Assembly (NCBI GenBank): GCA_040954595.2
Contig: CM082594.2
Coordinates: forward strand, 3,891,319-3,955,318
DNA length: 64,000 nucleotides
Origin: Balanoglossus misakiensis
Taxonomy: Eukaryota > Animalia > Hemichordata
Reading direction: 5' to 3'
Of the stretch, positions 48,001 through 63,400 are shown in pieces. Below the pieces are notes generated by a model. The model was given only the letters and a program-made list of their open reading frames with translations. It made no database searches and was not told the DNA's origin. The stretch's first letter is position 1. Every line of letters begins with the position of its first letter. The position numbers and the translations under genes are program-made.

Positions 48001-51000
48001 CAGGACGACTACGACGCCTGTTTAGACAACCCTTGTCATACGGGCGTGAATTGTACAGATAACGCAGCACCTGACATGGGTGCTGTATGTGGCGATTGTC
48101 CATCTGGTTTAATAGGAGATGGAATCAAGTGTTTTGGTGAGTATTCACTTATGCAACACTAGAGTGTGATTTAGCACTTTACAAGTCAGACAGACAGTCT
48201 CGGGCGCCCTGGAGTAAATGTAAACACATGGATATTTTAACATGCAAACGATTTCAATATTTATGACAAAGTATTTTAGATTTGACTGAATTTGATTATA
48301 CTTTCAGACTTTGATGAGTGCGAGGAAGGTAGCGATTTAGCTGACGGATCGACACCGTGTGACCAAATTTGTGAAAATACACTTGAAAGTTATACATGCC
48401 GCTGTCTTGAAGGTTACCGTCTTCAGGAAGACAAAAGGCAGTGTACAGGTAATATGTAATTTCTCTTTTTTTGCTGAAATAATTTGCACACTGAAATCAC
48501 CCGATGCAGTCCTGTAAAGGCTCCAGAAAAACAAACAGTACTATTTTTGAATAATTGGCATATAAATAGATACATACATGTAATAATACAAGAGATTGTT
48601 CCAAATATTCACAATATTCTTTCCAGACATCAATGAATGCGCCGAAAACATCGATGACTGTCATCAGAAGGCAACGTGCATCAACACTGACGGTGGATTC
48701 AACTGCAGTTGCAATGCTGGCTACAGGGGAGTCGACGGAAATAGAACCTTGTGTGAAGGTTGGAAATTTATGAAATTTATGAAAATTTGAAAGATGTAAT
48801 ATAGATACAGACGTAGTTGTGAATGAAGCGACTTTTCACGTACTTTCGTTTAACACCTTTTTCAAAATTAACAGAGCAAAACTTATAGGCATGGCAACTG
48901 CACATATTTATTTAATTTTATTTCAGATGTCGATGAATGTTTAGATTCTCCATGTGGTGAAAACACAGCATGTACAAACATTGTGGGAAGTTACAAGTGT
49001 ACGTGTTTCGATGGTTATGAATTCGACAGTGGAGCATTCAACTGTTCAGGTAATGTATCGAATCCCCCCGCACCACAACACATCATGTCACATCACATCA
49101 CATGACGTCACATCACATATCAATATCCGGTAATGGCGGAAGTCTCATTTTATATCACACTTCCTTTCTACTCTCGTTTTTAAAGACCCATCACCAAACG
49201 ATGTAAAATATCTTGGACTAAAAAACGATCGTATCATTGCAAACGGCCAATACCCCTTATCATTGAATGTGTTAGTTTATGTGAGGCGCACTGAATCGAC
49301 ATTTTAAGTCTAAATTCATATGTTATATGCATATGTTTTGTAGATATTGACGAATGCGAGAGACGCACCGATAACTGTGATCCTGAGGCCACTTGCACCA
49401 ACACAGTGGGTTCCTTTGAATGTGAGTGCAATGATGGATGGACGGGAGATGGGATCACTTGCTCTGACATCAAAGAATGTGATCACCGCCCACTGAATGA
49501 CTGCCACCAGAGGAGGGCTGACTGCATTGAACTTAATGGAAGTTACTCGTGTTTGTGTAAGGCCGGCTACATCGGAGACGGGATAACGTGTGAAGGTAGG
49601 ACAAATATAGGTCTTTCATCAACAAAACACATGACAGAAACAGAAAGATAAGTTAAAGGGGGAAGGTCGTCCAAACTGCGCATGTGCGAGTTTGCTGTTT
49701 ATCAACAATGCTCCCACTGTTTAGGAAGACTGCGAATCAATATCAAATTAGTTTTGAAATGTGATAAAAAGTAATGACACATTGTTTGCATTGTATTATG
49801 TTTTAACCAGATACCGACGAGTGTAGCACGGGCAACCACGACTGTCCAGCGACTGCAATGAAGTGCATCAATATGATTGGATCTTACAAATGTGTCTGTG
49901 CGGATGGATACCGCGAAAATGCAACTCTTTGCGAAGGTACTTAACGTCAAATCTCTATCAAGTTTAAATAATTGCAGTCATTGCTACCATTTATTTCGTC
50001 ACGTCTTGTTTAGTATTCCATGACCTTTCTCATCACTTATATCACCTGTCAATTCTTCAGCGAATTGCATATATGCAGTTGACATTACAGTGTTTACCTC
50101 GGGTTGAAAATTAAGATGTCGCGTAATTTGCATAGAATTTGCATATATAATTTGCATAAAAATTAATTGCTATTTTCAGACATTGATGAATGCGTGGAGA
50201 CGAACCCATGCTCGGATAACGCTGTGTGTGAAAATACGGCGGGGTCGTACAGATGTGTCTGTCTAGATGGATTCAGTGGCGATGGCTTGACTTGTTTGGG
50301 TGAGTTATAAAACAACTCGGGGTGTAGTTTTGTCAACTTTTTTTAATAACCCACGGCCCGCTTTTTCAGACAGAATTCCACATCTTGCTCAGTCCGTCTG
50401 ATTTTGTCAAATTAAGGATTTATGAAGATAGCTCGTTTGGTACCTAAAATTACTGATAAATCGTATCACTTCGTATTTTATATCCAATCTTCTCAAATTT
50501 GTGAATATGTTTCACTAAAATTTCAAATTGGCATCATTTGTTATTCTACTGTTATTTTTTCAGACGTTGATGAATGTAGTGGTACCGAACAACGCTGCCA
50601 TGAATTTGCCATCTGCAGGAACAATTTCGGAAGTTTTGAATGTGTTTGTCAACCTGGGTATGAGGGAGACGGGTTTACGTGCACAGGTGAGAAAACTCGT
50701 ATATCTTTGTATGTCTCCATTCATACATCGTAAAATTCGTTATGATTTGTCATACCATGCAGTCAACTGCCAGATTACGTAACTCGCCGCCATGTTTTTT
50801 CTCAGACATAAATGAATGCAACAGGACCATTTGTGCCCAGGAATGTGAGAACACAGAGGGCGGTTATCAGTGTTCCTGCACCGAAGGCTATCTTCTCAAC
50901 CCGGATGGAATACGATGCGACCGTAAGATATCCCCCAAACACAGAGACACTGCTTTCAAATGCATTATGAAACTGTAACATTTAAATGAACGTATGTTGG

Positions 51001-54000
51001 AACAACGGGTGATTTTTTTGAGATGTCGGGTAGTTGAGAAACGTGTCTGTTAGGCCCAAGCCAATTAGTCGGTCACGTGGTTCGGAAACCCTAAGTTCTT
51101 ACTTACTTACTTAATGCACTTATGTGATGTCCAAATTGACATATCTCTGGTTACACTTCCTGACTTTGCAACTGCACACTCATTTTCTTACCATCTCACT
51201 GCACATATTCGGAAACGACTAGAAATACTGTGGTAGTTACAGCAAGTACGACGTTGCTTTCATAGGCTGAAAATGTACGCTGCCTTTTCATCTTAGGCCA
51301 ATGTAATTGTGAGATCATGCTTCCCTGTATGTTAATTTGTGTGGTGTCGCCTTGTGTTTGCAGTGATAAACGAATGTACCTACAAAACCGACCAATGCTC
51401 GCAGCTGTGCCACCACGAGACGAGCACAGACGGCACTCAACGGCAGTATACGTGTAGTTGTGTAGATGGGTTCCATCTTGAAGAGGATGGACTGACGTGC
51501 ACGGGTTAGTAACCTTTAGTTGTGCATCATAAAAACTAAAATGCAGTTCATTTTTTAAACAAGAATTTCTGATGAATATTCACTTATATTTATGTGTAAT
51601 ATTAGAAACGGGTAGTGTATTTTCGTGTGTGTTTTTTTATTTCAGTCAATGCAACGCATAACTGCTCGGAAGACTGCACCCATGGAACCTGTTATTTGGT
51701 GTCGAATATGACGACGTGTTACTGTGATCGTGGATTTGAACTTAGCATCGACGACACTCTATGTATACGTAGGTATCCCTTTGAAGTTTAACAAGCTCTG
51801 TAAACCGTGGAGGCAACTCGAGAACACCATTTGACACATTTTGGCCCAGGAGTCCTCGTAGTCGACCGATCCATGTCACTCTAAACCACCATAATCTTGT
51901 ACCACTTTCCCTATTTAAATGTAACACCTATCTTCAAAGGTATACCTTTAATAGGAGGTACTCGATTCCTATATCTCATGATCTTCTCTGAAATGTAAAC
52001 CATTAACATACTTGTGTCTTGTGTGTGCAGCCATTGACGAGTGCACTGACACAGACCACGTTCACGCATGTCAACACACGTGCATTGACGTCACGCCTGG
52101 ATATAACTGTTCTTGCAATGACGGATATGAGCTGACCGCGGATAGGCGGACTTGCACGGGTAAGAAAATATACATTTTCGATGACAACTGGAACCGTATA
52201 ATGGAAAACTGTGTTACATCTGCGTTAGTATGTGTAATTTTGTTTTTGTTGGCACCTGAATGCGGGGCTGTGTCTACTTCGAATTAAGGTTTAGATGTAT
52301 ACGACTTACAAACAAATTTTGGGAGATGTGATCTACTGATTCTGAATTGACAAAATAACGATTAAATTGGAACCGCTATGTCACCCACTTCACTGACAAG
52401 AAGGCTACAAAACACTGCGATCGAAAACAGGTCACACTTCAGCCACTAGTATTAGGTATTTACTGCCGCCAGCGTCGCCTTATGAACATCCAGACGACAT
52501 GAAGAAGCCTCAACAGCATGAAATCACCTCTGTGTTTAAGTCTGCCATGATGTGAAATTGTCTCATGTCTTTTCGTGACACAGACATCGACGAATGCTCG
52601 TCCTCAACGCACCCACACGAGTGTACGTCAGCCGAGATCTGCATCAATGTGCTTGGCGGCTATACGTGCGCATGCGGCACTGGTTATGAAAATACCACGG
52701 CCGGTTGCCAGGGTATGAATTTACATTATGACATTTATATGTAGAGTGTACTGATAAATCGTCAACTAACAATCAGACGAATTATCTATTTTTATTGTAG
52801 GCCTATTTATGTGTTTTTTACGTAGAGGTGAAAAATAACTATATATGAATGTTGAATGAGTCATAATTATGTATACATGTATGTCCACCCTTGGTTACAG
52901 TATACAAGCATGGAGCTATATTCTCTGTATACTTGATTATCTCGTTCAATTTTATCTGCAGATATCAACGAATGTGAAGATGGCAGCGTGTCATGTGACG
53001 ACATGGCCCATTGTAATAACACAGAGGGATCATTCTTCTGCGAGTGCGACGATGGATACACGGGCAATGGGTTTCTTTGCACGGGTAAGTAGAGTTGTTG
53101 ACAGCACTTGTACACGTGTCCTTTGGTCATTTTTAATCTTAATAAGCTTTACAATGTCATTTCGTCTTTCGAATATAAGATCAACAGGTGACCGTCTCTT
53201 CGCCATTGCAAGCACAATCTGCAGGTGTTCATGTTAAAGTATGTTGTGTTGAAAACATGCTTGGAACTGTTTTGCCACAGCCACAGGAAGAAATGAGCGG
53301 TCCGTAAACGATTCTCAAAACACCCTCATCGCGTTACCGATTCATTTTATTAAAATTAAATGACGTGGGTTTTGATTGAAGATCTGATTACATTTTTTTC
53401 CCAACTACAGATATCAACGAATGCGACACTGATGGGAGCTGTGGGAATAACACGATATGTGAAAACACGGATGGATCGTTCAACTGTTTCTGCGATGCGG
53501 GGTTCACTCTGCAAGATGGCGTCTGTCAAAGTAAGACTTGCCACGTTTCGAGATGTTCCCGTATGGGGCGCTCTTGCCGTCATGGCATTGTTTGACACGG
53601 TGTGTGACCCCAAAATAAATCTTTAAACTGTACCTGTGAGGCTGTGGTCAGTCTGCAGACACGGCGAGTGATTCAAACACGTAAACCAAAACAATATATC
53701 TCTCTCGTTTGCTATGATGTGCTATTAATTAACACGACACGCCAAGGTTTGTACAAAACATTCGAAAACGGGTGGGATTCACGTGCTTAATTTACATAAG
53801 ACACCGAATGAAAGTGGAACGCACTATCTTGTGCACAATCACCTGCAGTCCGAGTTATTTTATCAGCAAATTTGAAAAAACTGAATTGGAAATCAGAGAC
53901 GATCCCTTTAACAGTAGATGACGTCATCAACGAAATCTCTGTTTACTTGAACAGATATAAATGAGTGCGAAACCGGTAACAATACTTGCCATGCTGATTA

Positions 54001-54374
54001 TGGAGAGTGCATAGACAGTGATGGGTCCTACAGTTGTATCTGTGCCGATGGATTTGCAGGAGATGGGAAGACTTGTATTGGTAAGAACATAGCTTCCATT
54101 TAGTGGTCAGTGACGCCATGAAATACAATGTATCCAGTGAATTCGTGCCAATACAATAAACATAGCGCAGGAAAGCTGTAAATTCCTTTCCAACGTTAAC
54201 TTCCCTTTAAACATTCCCTTATTTCATATTGATGAGGTTAGGCAACATCATAAGCACAGCAGGCTTTCAGACACTCAGAAGTAGTCAAGTGTGCGGTTGT
54301 GTGTCGAAGTCAAATATTATTACTTTTTCTGGTGTGTCTGATTATCTTGACTTTCTTCAAACACAAGAACCACA

Positions 54375-54414
<40 letters not shown>

Positions 54415-57400
54415 CCGCCATCATCATCATGGCACCACCACAACAATGATAACGCAAGGACAAAGTATATACTCTTCATCTTACAGATATCGACGAATGT
54501 TCTAATCAAGCCAATTGCGGACCAAATGCAATCTGTAACAACATACCCGGAAACTACACCTGTACTTGCAAAAGCGGTTACTCTCGCAACGGTTCGTTGT
54601 GTGTAGGTGAGAAAATGTATTTTGGGTTAATGAGTAATCTTTTAATGTGTTTGTTAATTGATACATGCAATTGATAGACAGCTTGCAATGTTTTGCTTTA
54701 ATACTCGTCGTTATTCTTTCGTTTGCATTGTCAGCTAATCACCGCGAGATGCTTAGAACAACGCCAAATTAGATATCATTTGATATCATATTTTGGATGT
54801 GTTTAACATACTCGTCATCAAACTCTCTGCTTTGTACCTATATCTAGACATTGACGAGTGCAGCGCCACACATGGGTGTGTGAATGACTCCCAGTGCGTG
54901 AATCTCGTGGGAAGTTACAAATGCGAGTGTCTGGCGGGATTTCGCGGAGATGCCAGGGTGTCCTGCGTGAACATCGATGAATGTGCCGAGACTCCCGACA
55001 CGTGCAACGACAATGCCGTCTGCAGCGACACTGTCGGCAGCTACTTCTGTACTTGTCTGACGGGGTATATTGGCGACGGGCAGGATTGTCAAGGTTTGTA
55101 AACAGGTCGTCTGGGCCATCGTCGCTGATATTCAGTCACTTAGGGACCGTTCAGTTTTTACGGCCGGGGGGGGGGGCGGCAAAATCCAGGGGGGGGGGGG
55201 GGTCACGTAAATTTTGAAGTCCAAAAGGGGGGTCACATAACGTTTAGGGGGGTCACATATTTTTGCCACCGAACTTTCGCTTTTGAGTCCACAAAATTGC
55301 ACAAATTTTCTAATGCGGGAGGGGGACACCCCCTCCCACGCCCACCCCCTTCATTCTCCGCCACATTTCGTTTTTTGCTGGTTTGTCTACTGTACCAGGG
55401 CAGAGTGCATGCCACCCCAAACCCACTGATGATAATATTTAACAAAGTAAATACATAAAGGAGAATAATCGTTTAAACCATTTCGCATAACTGATAGTTT
55501 CGTGTTGCATCTTCTATATACTATAGCTAAAAGTTTTATAAATGATGTCTTGACGAAGATGACGCCAAATCTTCTAACTTTGAGTGGAGTGGCAAAAATA
55601 AAATTTGTCCTCCCAAACATTGAGATAATTTGCTTTTGAGTTCCTAAAAATGCAACTTTGAGCACCGTATTTTACAAAATTTCCTTATGTGGGGGGAGGA
55701 CACCCCCTCCCACGCCCACCCCCGCCACTTTTCTAGTGTTACCAATTCTAGCAACTATTGCATTGACTTGGATAGGGTAGTCTATATTTTGAGGCATCCT
55801 CGCGATTGATTTCAGGGCCTGGGATATGAACAAGGTGTCAAGGCTTTAAAAAAAATAGTAACCTAATGGTTTTCAATCATGATGATAGCCTACGGTCAAA
55901 ATAACATGTCAAAGTTCACACTTATACTTGACAGTATACAAATAACAACAGATCAAAAAATGAGATTGTAAACAAACAGAAGTGTGTGTATGTCGAAAAC
56001 AACGGCCAACCAAAACGCTTGGTATATTTCATAACTGTCACCAAAAAATATCGTCTCCGGTGGGATTCGAACCCACAGCCTCCGAATATCACACATCCGC
56101 TAGAAGTCCGACGCGCTATCCGTTGCGCCACGGAGACAACGTTGTTGATAGAGGCATGCCGTATTTGATATACAACAGAGGGTGTGTTAGCATATGCAAA
56201 TTTGAATAATAGAACCGAAATGAACAATAGAAAATTATTCTTCACTGGTCGTCCCAAGTGTGACCTCTTTATGTCTCCAGCTCCATTCTTGTTGACAATT
56301 TGTTAGTGTCACCCGGAAGTTTGAAAAAAAAGTTGTTTAAATACATTTTTATCTATTTATATTGTGGGTTGGTGGTTGTGAGCGAGTCTGTGAGTGAGTG
56401 AGTGAGTGAGTGAATGACTGAGTTTTATTTCTGTGAAAAGAACACACAATGTTTGTTGAGAACTACCATCTTTCAAACTTTACTTCGTCTGATGGTCTGA
56501 CCATAGAAGGTCTGACAGAACCGTGGCGACAAAAACCTTGTATTATAGATCGCCATTTTCTCTTTCATTCTTCTGAATAATGTCTTGCGCCTGACGAAAG
56601 TGTGAACACATGCATGAAATATAAATCAGTCAACTCACTATGAATAAAGTATAAGTTGCTCCCTAAATGAAGGTTGAGCTATTAAATACATGCTGTAATT
56701 ATCCCACTACAGATATCGATGAATGCGCAAACGGCACTGCTCAGTGTCACCACAATGCAACGTGTATTAACAGACCGGGATCATACGCGTGCATGTGCCG
56801 GGCCGGGTTTGAAGGCGACGGGAGGAATTGCTCCGATGTCGACGAGTGCGAGAGGAGGACGGACGCCTGCTCCGACGTGGCGGAATGCTTTAACACGGAT
56901 GGGTCGTACTATTGTGTGTGCAGTAACGGCTACGAACTCGTTGGATTGACCTGTGAAGGTATATTGTTTGCCTTTGCATTCAAACCTGTGTTAGTGGTCA
57001 CCTCTTTGTATTGGAAACTTGTCTGCAACGGCCACTGTTTACAGTCCCTGTTTCATTTGAATGTGCATTAATGGACCTGTCTATAAAGGCCAGTCTAGGA
57101 AAGTCCCTTAAATGTCCGCTACAGACAGGCTTGACTGTATATGATGCATTCTTCTATAATAATAATGCATGTGTACTTTTGTAACTATCGTGCGTTACAA
57201 CTACGTAACTGAAAACAGTTCTAGGGAAGTTCATTCAGAAGAAGGATTCTACGTGTGCGTTACTTGTTGCGTGGGTAATATCTCTGCTTACACCGTTTAC
57301 AAAATTGCATTTTACTTATTCACTGTCAGCATTATAATGTATAAGTATCATTTCTTTCCCCCACATAAGATATCGACGAATGTGCTAGAAACACTTCTGA

Positions 57401-60400
57401 TTGCATTCCCGACGCCGACGGCGGTGAGTGTGCCAACCTTCCGGGCGGCTTTGACTGCACCTGTAAGGACGGCTACACTGGCGATGGGCGGACGAGCTGT
57501 GACGATATCGACGAATGCGAAGGCGATGACGTCACTTGTCCAATAAACTCGGTATGCCAAAACACGAATGGTTCGTTCACCTGCAAATGCGACGATGGTT
57601 ACTACGAAGACGAGATACACCGCACTTGCACAGGTCAGTGGCCCGTTTGATGACGTCAAAATAATTTGAAAATAATTTGATAAATCCTTGCAATAAAGTC
57701 TCATCAAATTCTTCTACGTTTGCCTCTAAAAACTTCGCCACGTTGATGTTTATATTATTTTTTCAGCATGGTCATGTCCAGCGCTACCTGATCCACCATC
57801 TGGAAGTGTGACTTGTACAAATGATTTCTACTACAACAGTGTCTGTACATTCAGCTGTGACACTGGCTTTGATGACAGTGGTACGGTGTCGAGAACTTGT
57901 CAAGACAGCCAACTATGGGATGGAGTTGGTGATTTTACCTGTACAGGTGAGCCATTCGGCTAACTCTCTGTTGGAGGTGTATTGAGCATACGTACTTTCT
58001 ATATTTTAATGAGCATAGCAATTTCACCTCTCAATCGCTTATTTGTGTGGTCGAAATTGTCTTTAGATCCTCGAAACATTATTGAGCAGCTAGGGTACAT
58101 CGTGATTTGACAGACATGGTCCATACATGAGAAAACAGAGACAATTTCAAATCAGTAATGTCACTTGTATTCTAACAGCTTGGACATGCCCTGTGCTACA
58201 CAATCCACCATCTGGAAGTGTGAACTGCTCAGATCAATTCTATTACAACAGTGTCTGCAACTTTAGCTGTGACACAGGCTTTGACGAAAGTGGTACAACG
58301 TCTCGAACTTGTCAAGACACTCAGGAATGGGATGGAGCAGATAATTTTACATGCACAGGTTAGTCGTTGAGGTTCATTTCAATCTTGTATTTAGCTCTGT
58401 GGGTATTAAAACAATACTGAATGATACACTTAATTTCTGTATACATAATTTCTTTTCAGCTTGGACATGTCCAGCCCTATCCGATCCAACATCTGGAAGT
58501 GTGAACTGCACGGATCAATTCTACTACAGTAGTGTCTGCACATTCAGTTGTGACCTGGGCTATGGTGCAAATGGTACAACAACAAGAACTTGTCAAGATA
58601 CCCAATCATGGGATGGAACAGACGATTTTACATGCTCAGGTTTGTCATTAAGTTTCATGCCAATCTAATATTCAGCTCTGTCGGCCTTGGTGGAAAATAT
58701 TAGATGATATGAACTCATTTTCTTATAAATATTGGTTTCAGCTTGGTCCTGCCCAGCGCTACCTGATCCACCATCTGGAAGCGTAACCTGTACAAATGAT
58801 TCCTACTACAACAGTGTCTGTACATTCAGGTGCGACACAGGGTTTATTGCAAATGGTACAGCGTCTAGAACTTGTCAAGACAGCCAACTATGGGATGGGG
58901 TTGATGATTTTACCTGTACAGGTGAGCCATTCAGCTAACTATCTGGTGATGTTATAAAGAGCATACGTACTTCCTAAACTGTAATGAGTATATCATTTTC
59001 ACCTCTAAAGCGCTTATTTAAATGGTGGACAGTTGTTACTTAGGTCCTCGACACGTTATTGAACAGCCTGGGTACATAAGTAACAGTAGCTAGTGATTTG
59101 ACAGGTATGTTCATACATGTGAAAACAAAGCCAATTTCAAATCAGTCATGTCACTTGTATTGTCTTTTTATATGTTTTACAGCTTGGACATGCCCTGTGT
59201 TATCCGATCCAACATCTGGAAGTGTGAACTGTACAAATGAATACTACTACAATAGTAGCTGCACGTTCAGCTGTGATATAGGCTTTGATGAAAGTGGTAC
59301 GGCATCTCGCACTTGTGAAGACACCCAGGAATGGGATGGAGCCGATAATTTTACATGCACAGGTTAGTCAGTAAGGTTCATTTCAATCCAGTATTTACCT
59401 CCTTGGGTTTATTTTTTGAATAAAAAAAGTTTTTAATAATGAAATTCATTCTATCATACACATTATTCAGCTTGGACATGTCCAGACCTATCTGACCCAA
59501 CATTTGGAAGTGTGTCCTGTACAGATGGTTTCTACTTCAACAGTGTCTGCACATTCAGCTGTGATACAGGCTATGGCGGAAATGGTACCTCGACAAGAAC
59601 GTGTCAAGACACCCAGGCATGGGATGGAGGAGACGACTTCACTTGTACAGGTCAGTCATTACTCTCTGTTGGAGCTGCAGTGAGCATACATGCATCATGG
59701 AATTTCATCAGCGAATGCGCCTTTTCATGGGTGACAGAATAAAAACTTTATCGTCTTTTTTTCAGCATGGTCCTGTCCAGTGCTACCCGATCCACCATCT
59801 GGAAGTGTGACTTGTACAGATAGTTTCTACCACAGCAGTGTCTGTACATTCAGCTGTGACACCGGTTTTGTTGCAAATGGTACAGCAAGCAGAACTTGTC
59901 AAGACAGCCAACTATGGGATGGGGTTGATGATTTTGCTTGTACAGGTGCGTCATTCAGCTAGTTATCTGATGAAGATGTAACGAGCATACGTACATCCTA
60001 AACTGTAATAAGTATATCGATTTCGCCTCTCAAGTGGTCGAAAATTGTGTTGAGATCCTCGACGTGTTATTGATTTGACAGATATGTTCATACATGTGAA
60101 AACAAAGCCAATTTCAAATCAGTCATGTCACTTGTATTGTCTTTTCATATGTTTCACAGCTTGGACATGCCCTGTGCTACTCAATCCACCATCTGGAAGT
60201 GTGACCTGCACACACCAATCCTATTACAACAGTGTCTGCACATTCAGCTGTGACACGGGCTTTGTTGCAAATGGTACAGCGTCTAGAACTTGTCAAGACA
60301 CCAAGTCGTGGGATGGAGCAGATGACTTTACATGCACAGGTTAGTCAGTAAAGTTAAATTCCATCCAGTATTTAGCTCTGGCGGTTCTGAAGATAAAATA

Positions 60401-63400
60401 CTGAATGTTGAAATTTACTTTCCTTCACATATTGTTAGCTTGGACATGTCCAGACCTATCTGACCCTACATCTGGAAGTGTGTCCTGTACAGATGGTTTC
60501 TATTACAACAGTACCTGTACGTTCAGCTGTGACACTGGCTTTGATGACAGTGGCACGGTGTCGAGAACTTGTCAAGACACTCGGGCATGGAATGGAGAAG
60601 AGAACTTTACATGCACAGGTTTGTCGTTAAGGTTCATGTCATGCATGCCTTTTTCAGTTACCATGGATAATAATAACTGAAAGGCCAGAGTAAAGGCAGG
60701 TTTGCATGCCGTATATCATCATCATCATCACCCTCACCACCACCATCATCATCATCACCCTCACCACCACCATCATCATCATCATGACCACCATCATCAC
60801 CATTTAAATTCTAATGAATATTTACAGATATCGACGAGTGCGCAGTCACCAATGATTGCGGCGAAAACACAGAATGTGCCAACACTCCTGGGAGTTACCG
60901 CTGCCCTTGCAATCCTGGCTTCCGAAGAAATGGCACCTTGTCGTGTTCTGACATAGACGAATGTGAGGAGACCCCGTCTGTCTGCCACTACGAAGCCGTC
61001 TGCACCAATAGCCCCGGCAACTACTCGTGTGCTTGTAAGGCGGGATTTGTCGGCGATGGAAACGATTGCCAAGGTTTGTAGCTTAACACAGTGGACTCTG
61101 TTCTGTAATATGCAAATGTGGTGGTTTAGACAGCAGTGCCAACGTGTGCAAGCAAACACAGTATGATCAGTTGGTTGTGGAAAGTTCCATGATTTTCCTG
61201 GAATCCATAACATCCGTAAATTAAAGTACATAGCGCACAGAACGGCACGTGTTTTTCCTGAAGCAGCTTGGATGTCTCTTAAACGCAAAGTAAAGGAAGA
61301 AGTTACCGTCAAAATGCTACATCGCTTCTTGATTGCAAGTCTGACATCGACTATCCGCCGTGTCATTTTTCTGTAACATGCAAATTTATATTCACTATTA
61401 CAGCTAGGGATAGCTGCAATAAAGATTCGTGTGACAAAACTACAGAGTATTGTGTAGACCGTGATTTGACCCACACTTGTCATTGTAAGGCCGGACGAAG
61501 ACGAGTCGAAGGGGAGTGTGTCCGTAAGTAGTTTAAGAGCCATTCTTGATTTTTAAACATTCTGTATTTTGTCGATAAGGTTGATATTCTGACAAGCAGT
61601 CAATATATTTGTGTATTATTATTATGATTATTGCCTTTTTAAATATCTAAAGCTATCAAAGCATTCAAGGGCGAATTTAGAATAATCAAGCGCCAAGGAA
61701 AGAACATTACTTTCACTGATGACTTGAAAGATCCAAGTTCGGAGAGATACAAAAGCCTGGCACGAGATATCATTGACGAGGTACGTTTGTAACTAAGTAT
61801 TTGAAAGTATATTTTGACCATGGAGACACCTTAGGTCAAATCTCGGGATTACTCTTGTGCAATTCAAAAACAGGGATTGAGAACGATAAGTGAAGAACGT
61901 TCGCGCCAAAATACATCCCATTACGTGTAGAAAGAGTTTGTGCATTTGGACTGATATGTTCGTAACTATGAATATCGGTCAGATGCTCAATCCTGGCACC
62001 AGTTAGCCTCATCGGTTGATTGTTCGCCAAATCTGAATCTGAATCTAAAACGAGCGAAGAAGAGTCTGTTATCATTGACGCTTTTGACGCATTTAATAGA
62101 TACACATGTTGATGGCTGCCCTCTACGAAGCATACGTCTCGACGATCCTTCTGAGTTTCAGGCCGGGGAGTGTGGTTGCCGACACCCGCAGCGCTTTCAG
62201 GAATGAGACGGTCGTAACCGATGAAGAGATAACAGAGAAACTCAGGGAAAATGCCGCTAATTTTTCCTTGTTTGAAGTTGAAGACGTCAGTTTCTCCGGT
62301 CAGTAAATATTCCGGCTACACAGTCAGAGTTCAGCGGGTTTTTGTTTTAAATTCTGAAGACGTTATTTGGTCGTGCTCATATGTAAATGTATTGGAAAAC
62401 CTTCTCATCATGTTATATGTTTGGACAGTGATTTTGCATAAGGTGTAGGTTCTACCACTTGAGTTGACGCCAATAATAGGGGTTAAAAAACAACAATTGT
62501 TGTCTTAAGGGCACAATCTGACGTCAACTACATTGTATATAAAAGCGTCATTTAAAAAGTGTATTCATCGAGATTTGTTATTTGTTTTAGAATCCCAAGA
62601 CAGCGTGTGCTCAATACCGGGTAGTCACAACTGTTCAAGTGATGACCATTGTATGGACTTGGAGGACGGGACGTTTACTTGTGGTGAGTTTCAGTTCTCG
62701 CCGCCAGGTTTAAATAGACCATTTTCCGAACTCCGCGAGACCATGCGAGATCTCGCGTGGTTAGGCAGTTTATATGGAAGGGCATAATCTTTATACATAG
62801 GCTTGAGTCTCGCGAGATCTCGCAACGTGCGGAAAATCATCTATTCGGCTGGTACAAGTGGTTTAAGGGTCACTGTGGCATAGACATTCATCCTGAGTTG
62901 CAAAAGTTCACGCATGCGCGCCTTCAAGCATATGATAAGATAGGAGACACCCTGAAAATCGTGATCACATATAGCACTATGCAGTTAGCAAAACAACATG
63001 TACATGTACATGACCGCAAGATTATATATACACAAGCAAGATGTTAATATCATAAGACATCCACCACCAATATTGTTTTCCTCACAGGGCCTTGCAACAG
63101 CAATCCGTGCATGAATGGTGGCACGTGTTGGGCGAATGCAGATGACTTCAATTGCACGTGAGTGTTTAAGTTCCCAGCTGACCAAAGTGGCAGTTTTGTT
63201 GTATATGTGAAAACTTATGTATATCTACCACGCATGATTTCAAAGGACACACATGGAAACGCGTCTGTGGCCAATAGTGAGTGGTCGAAAAAAATAGGAA
63301 GGGGTTTATGACAGTATTCCGTGAAAGAGATCCGATTGTGTGTAGTCCATCTTATCATGAATTCTTCCTGGGGTAATAAAACAAGCAAACAACAAACGCG

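Noticed and set aside
60702-61543. Poly-His ORF (also 54299-54505) and 248-aa minus-strand ORF
   Set aside because: Intronic CAT/CAC microsatellites upstream of true acceptors. The minus ORF is antisense to EGF exons and has no motif.
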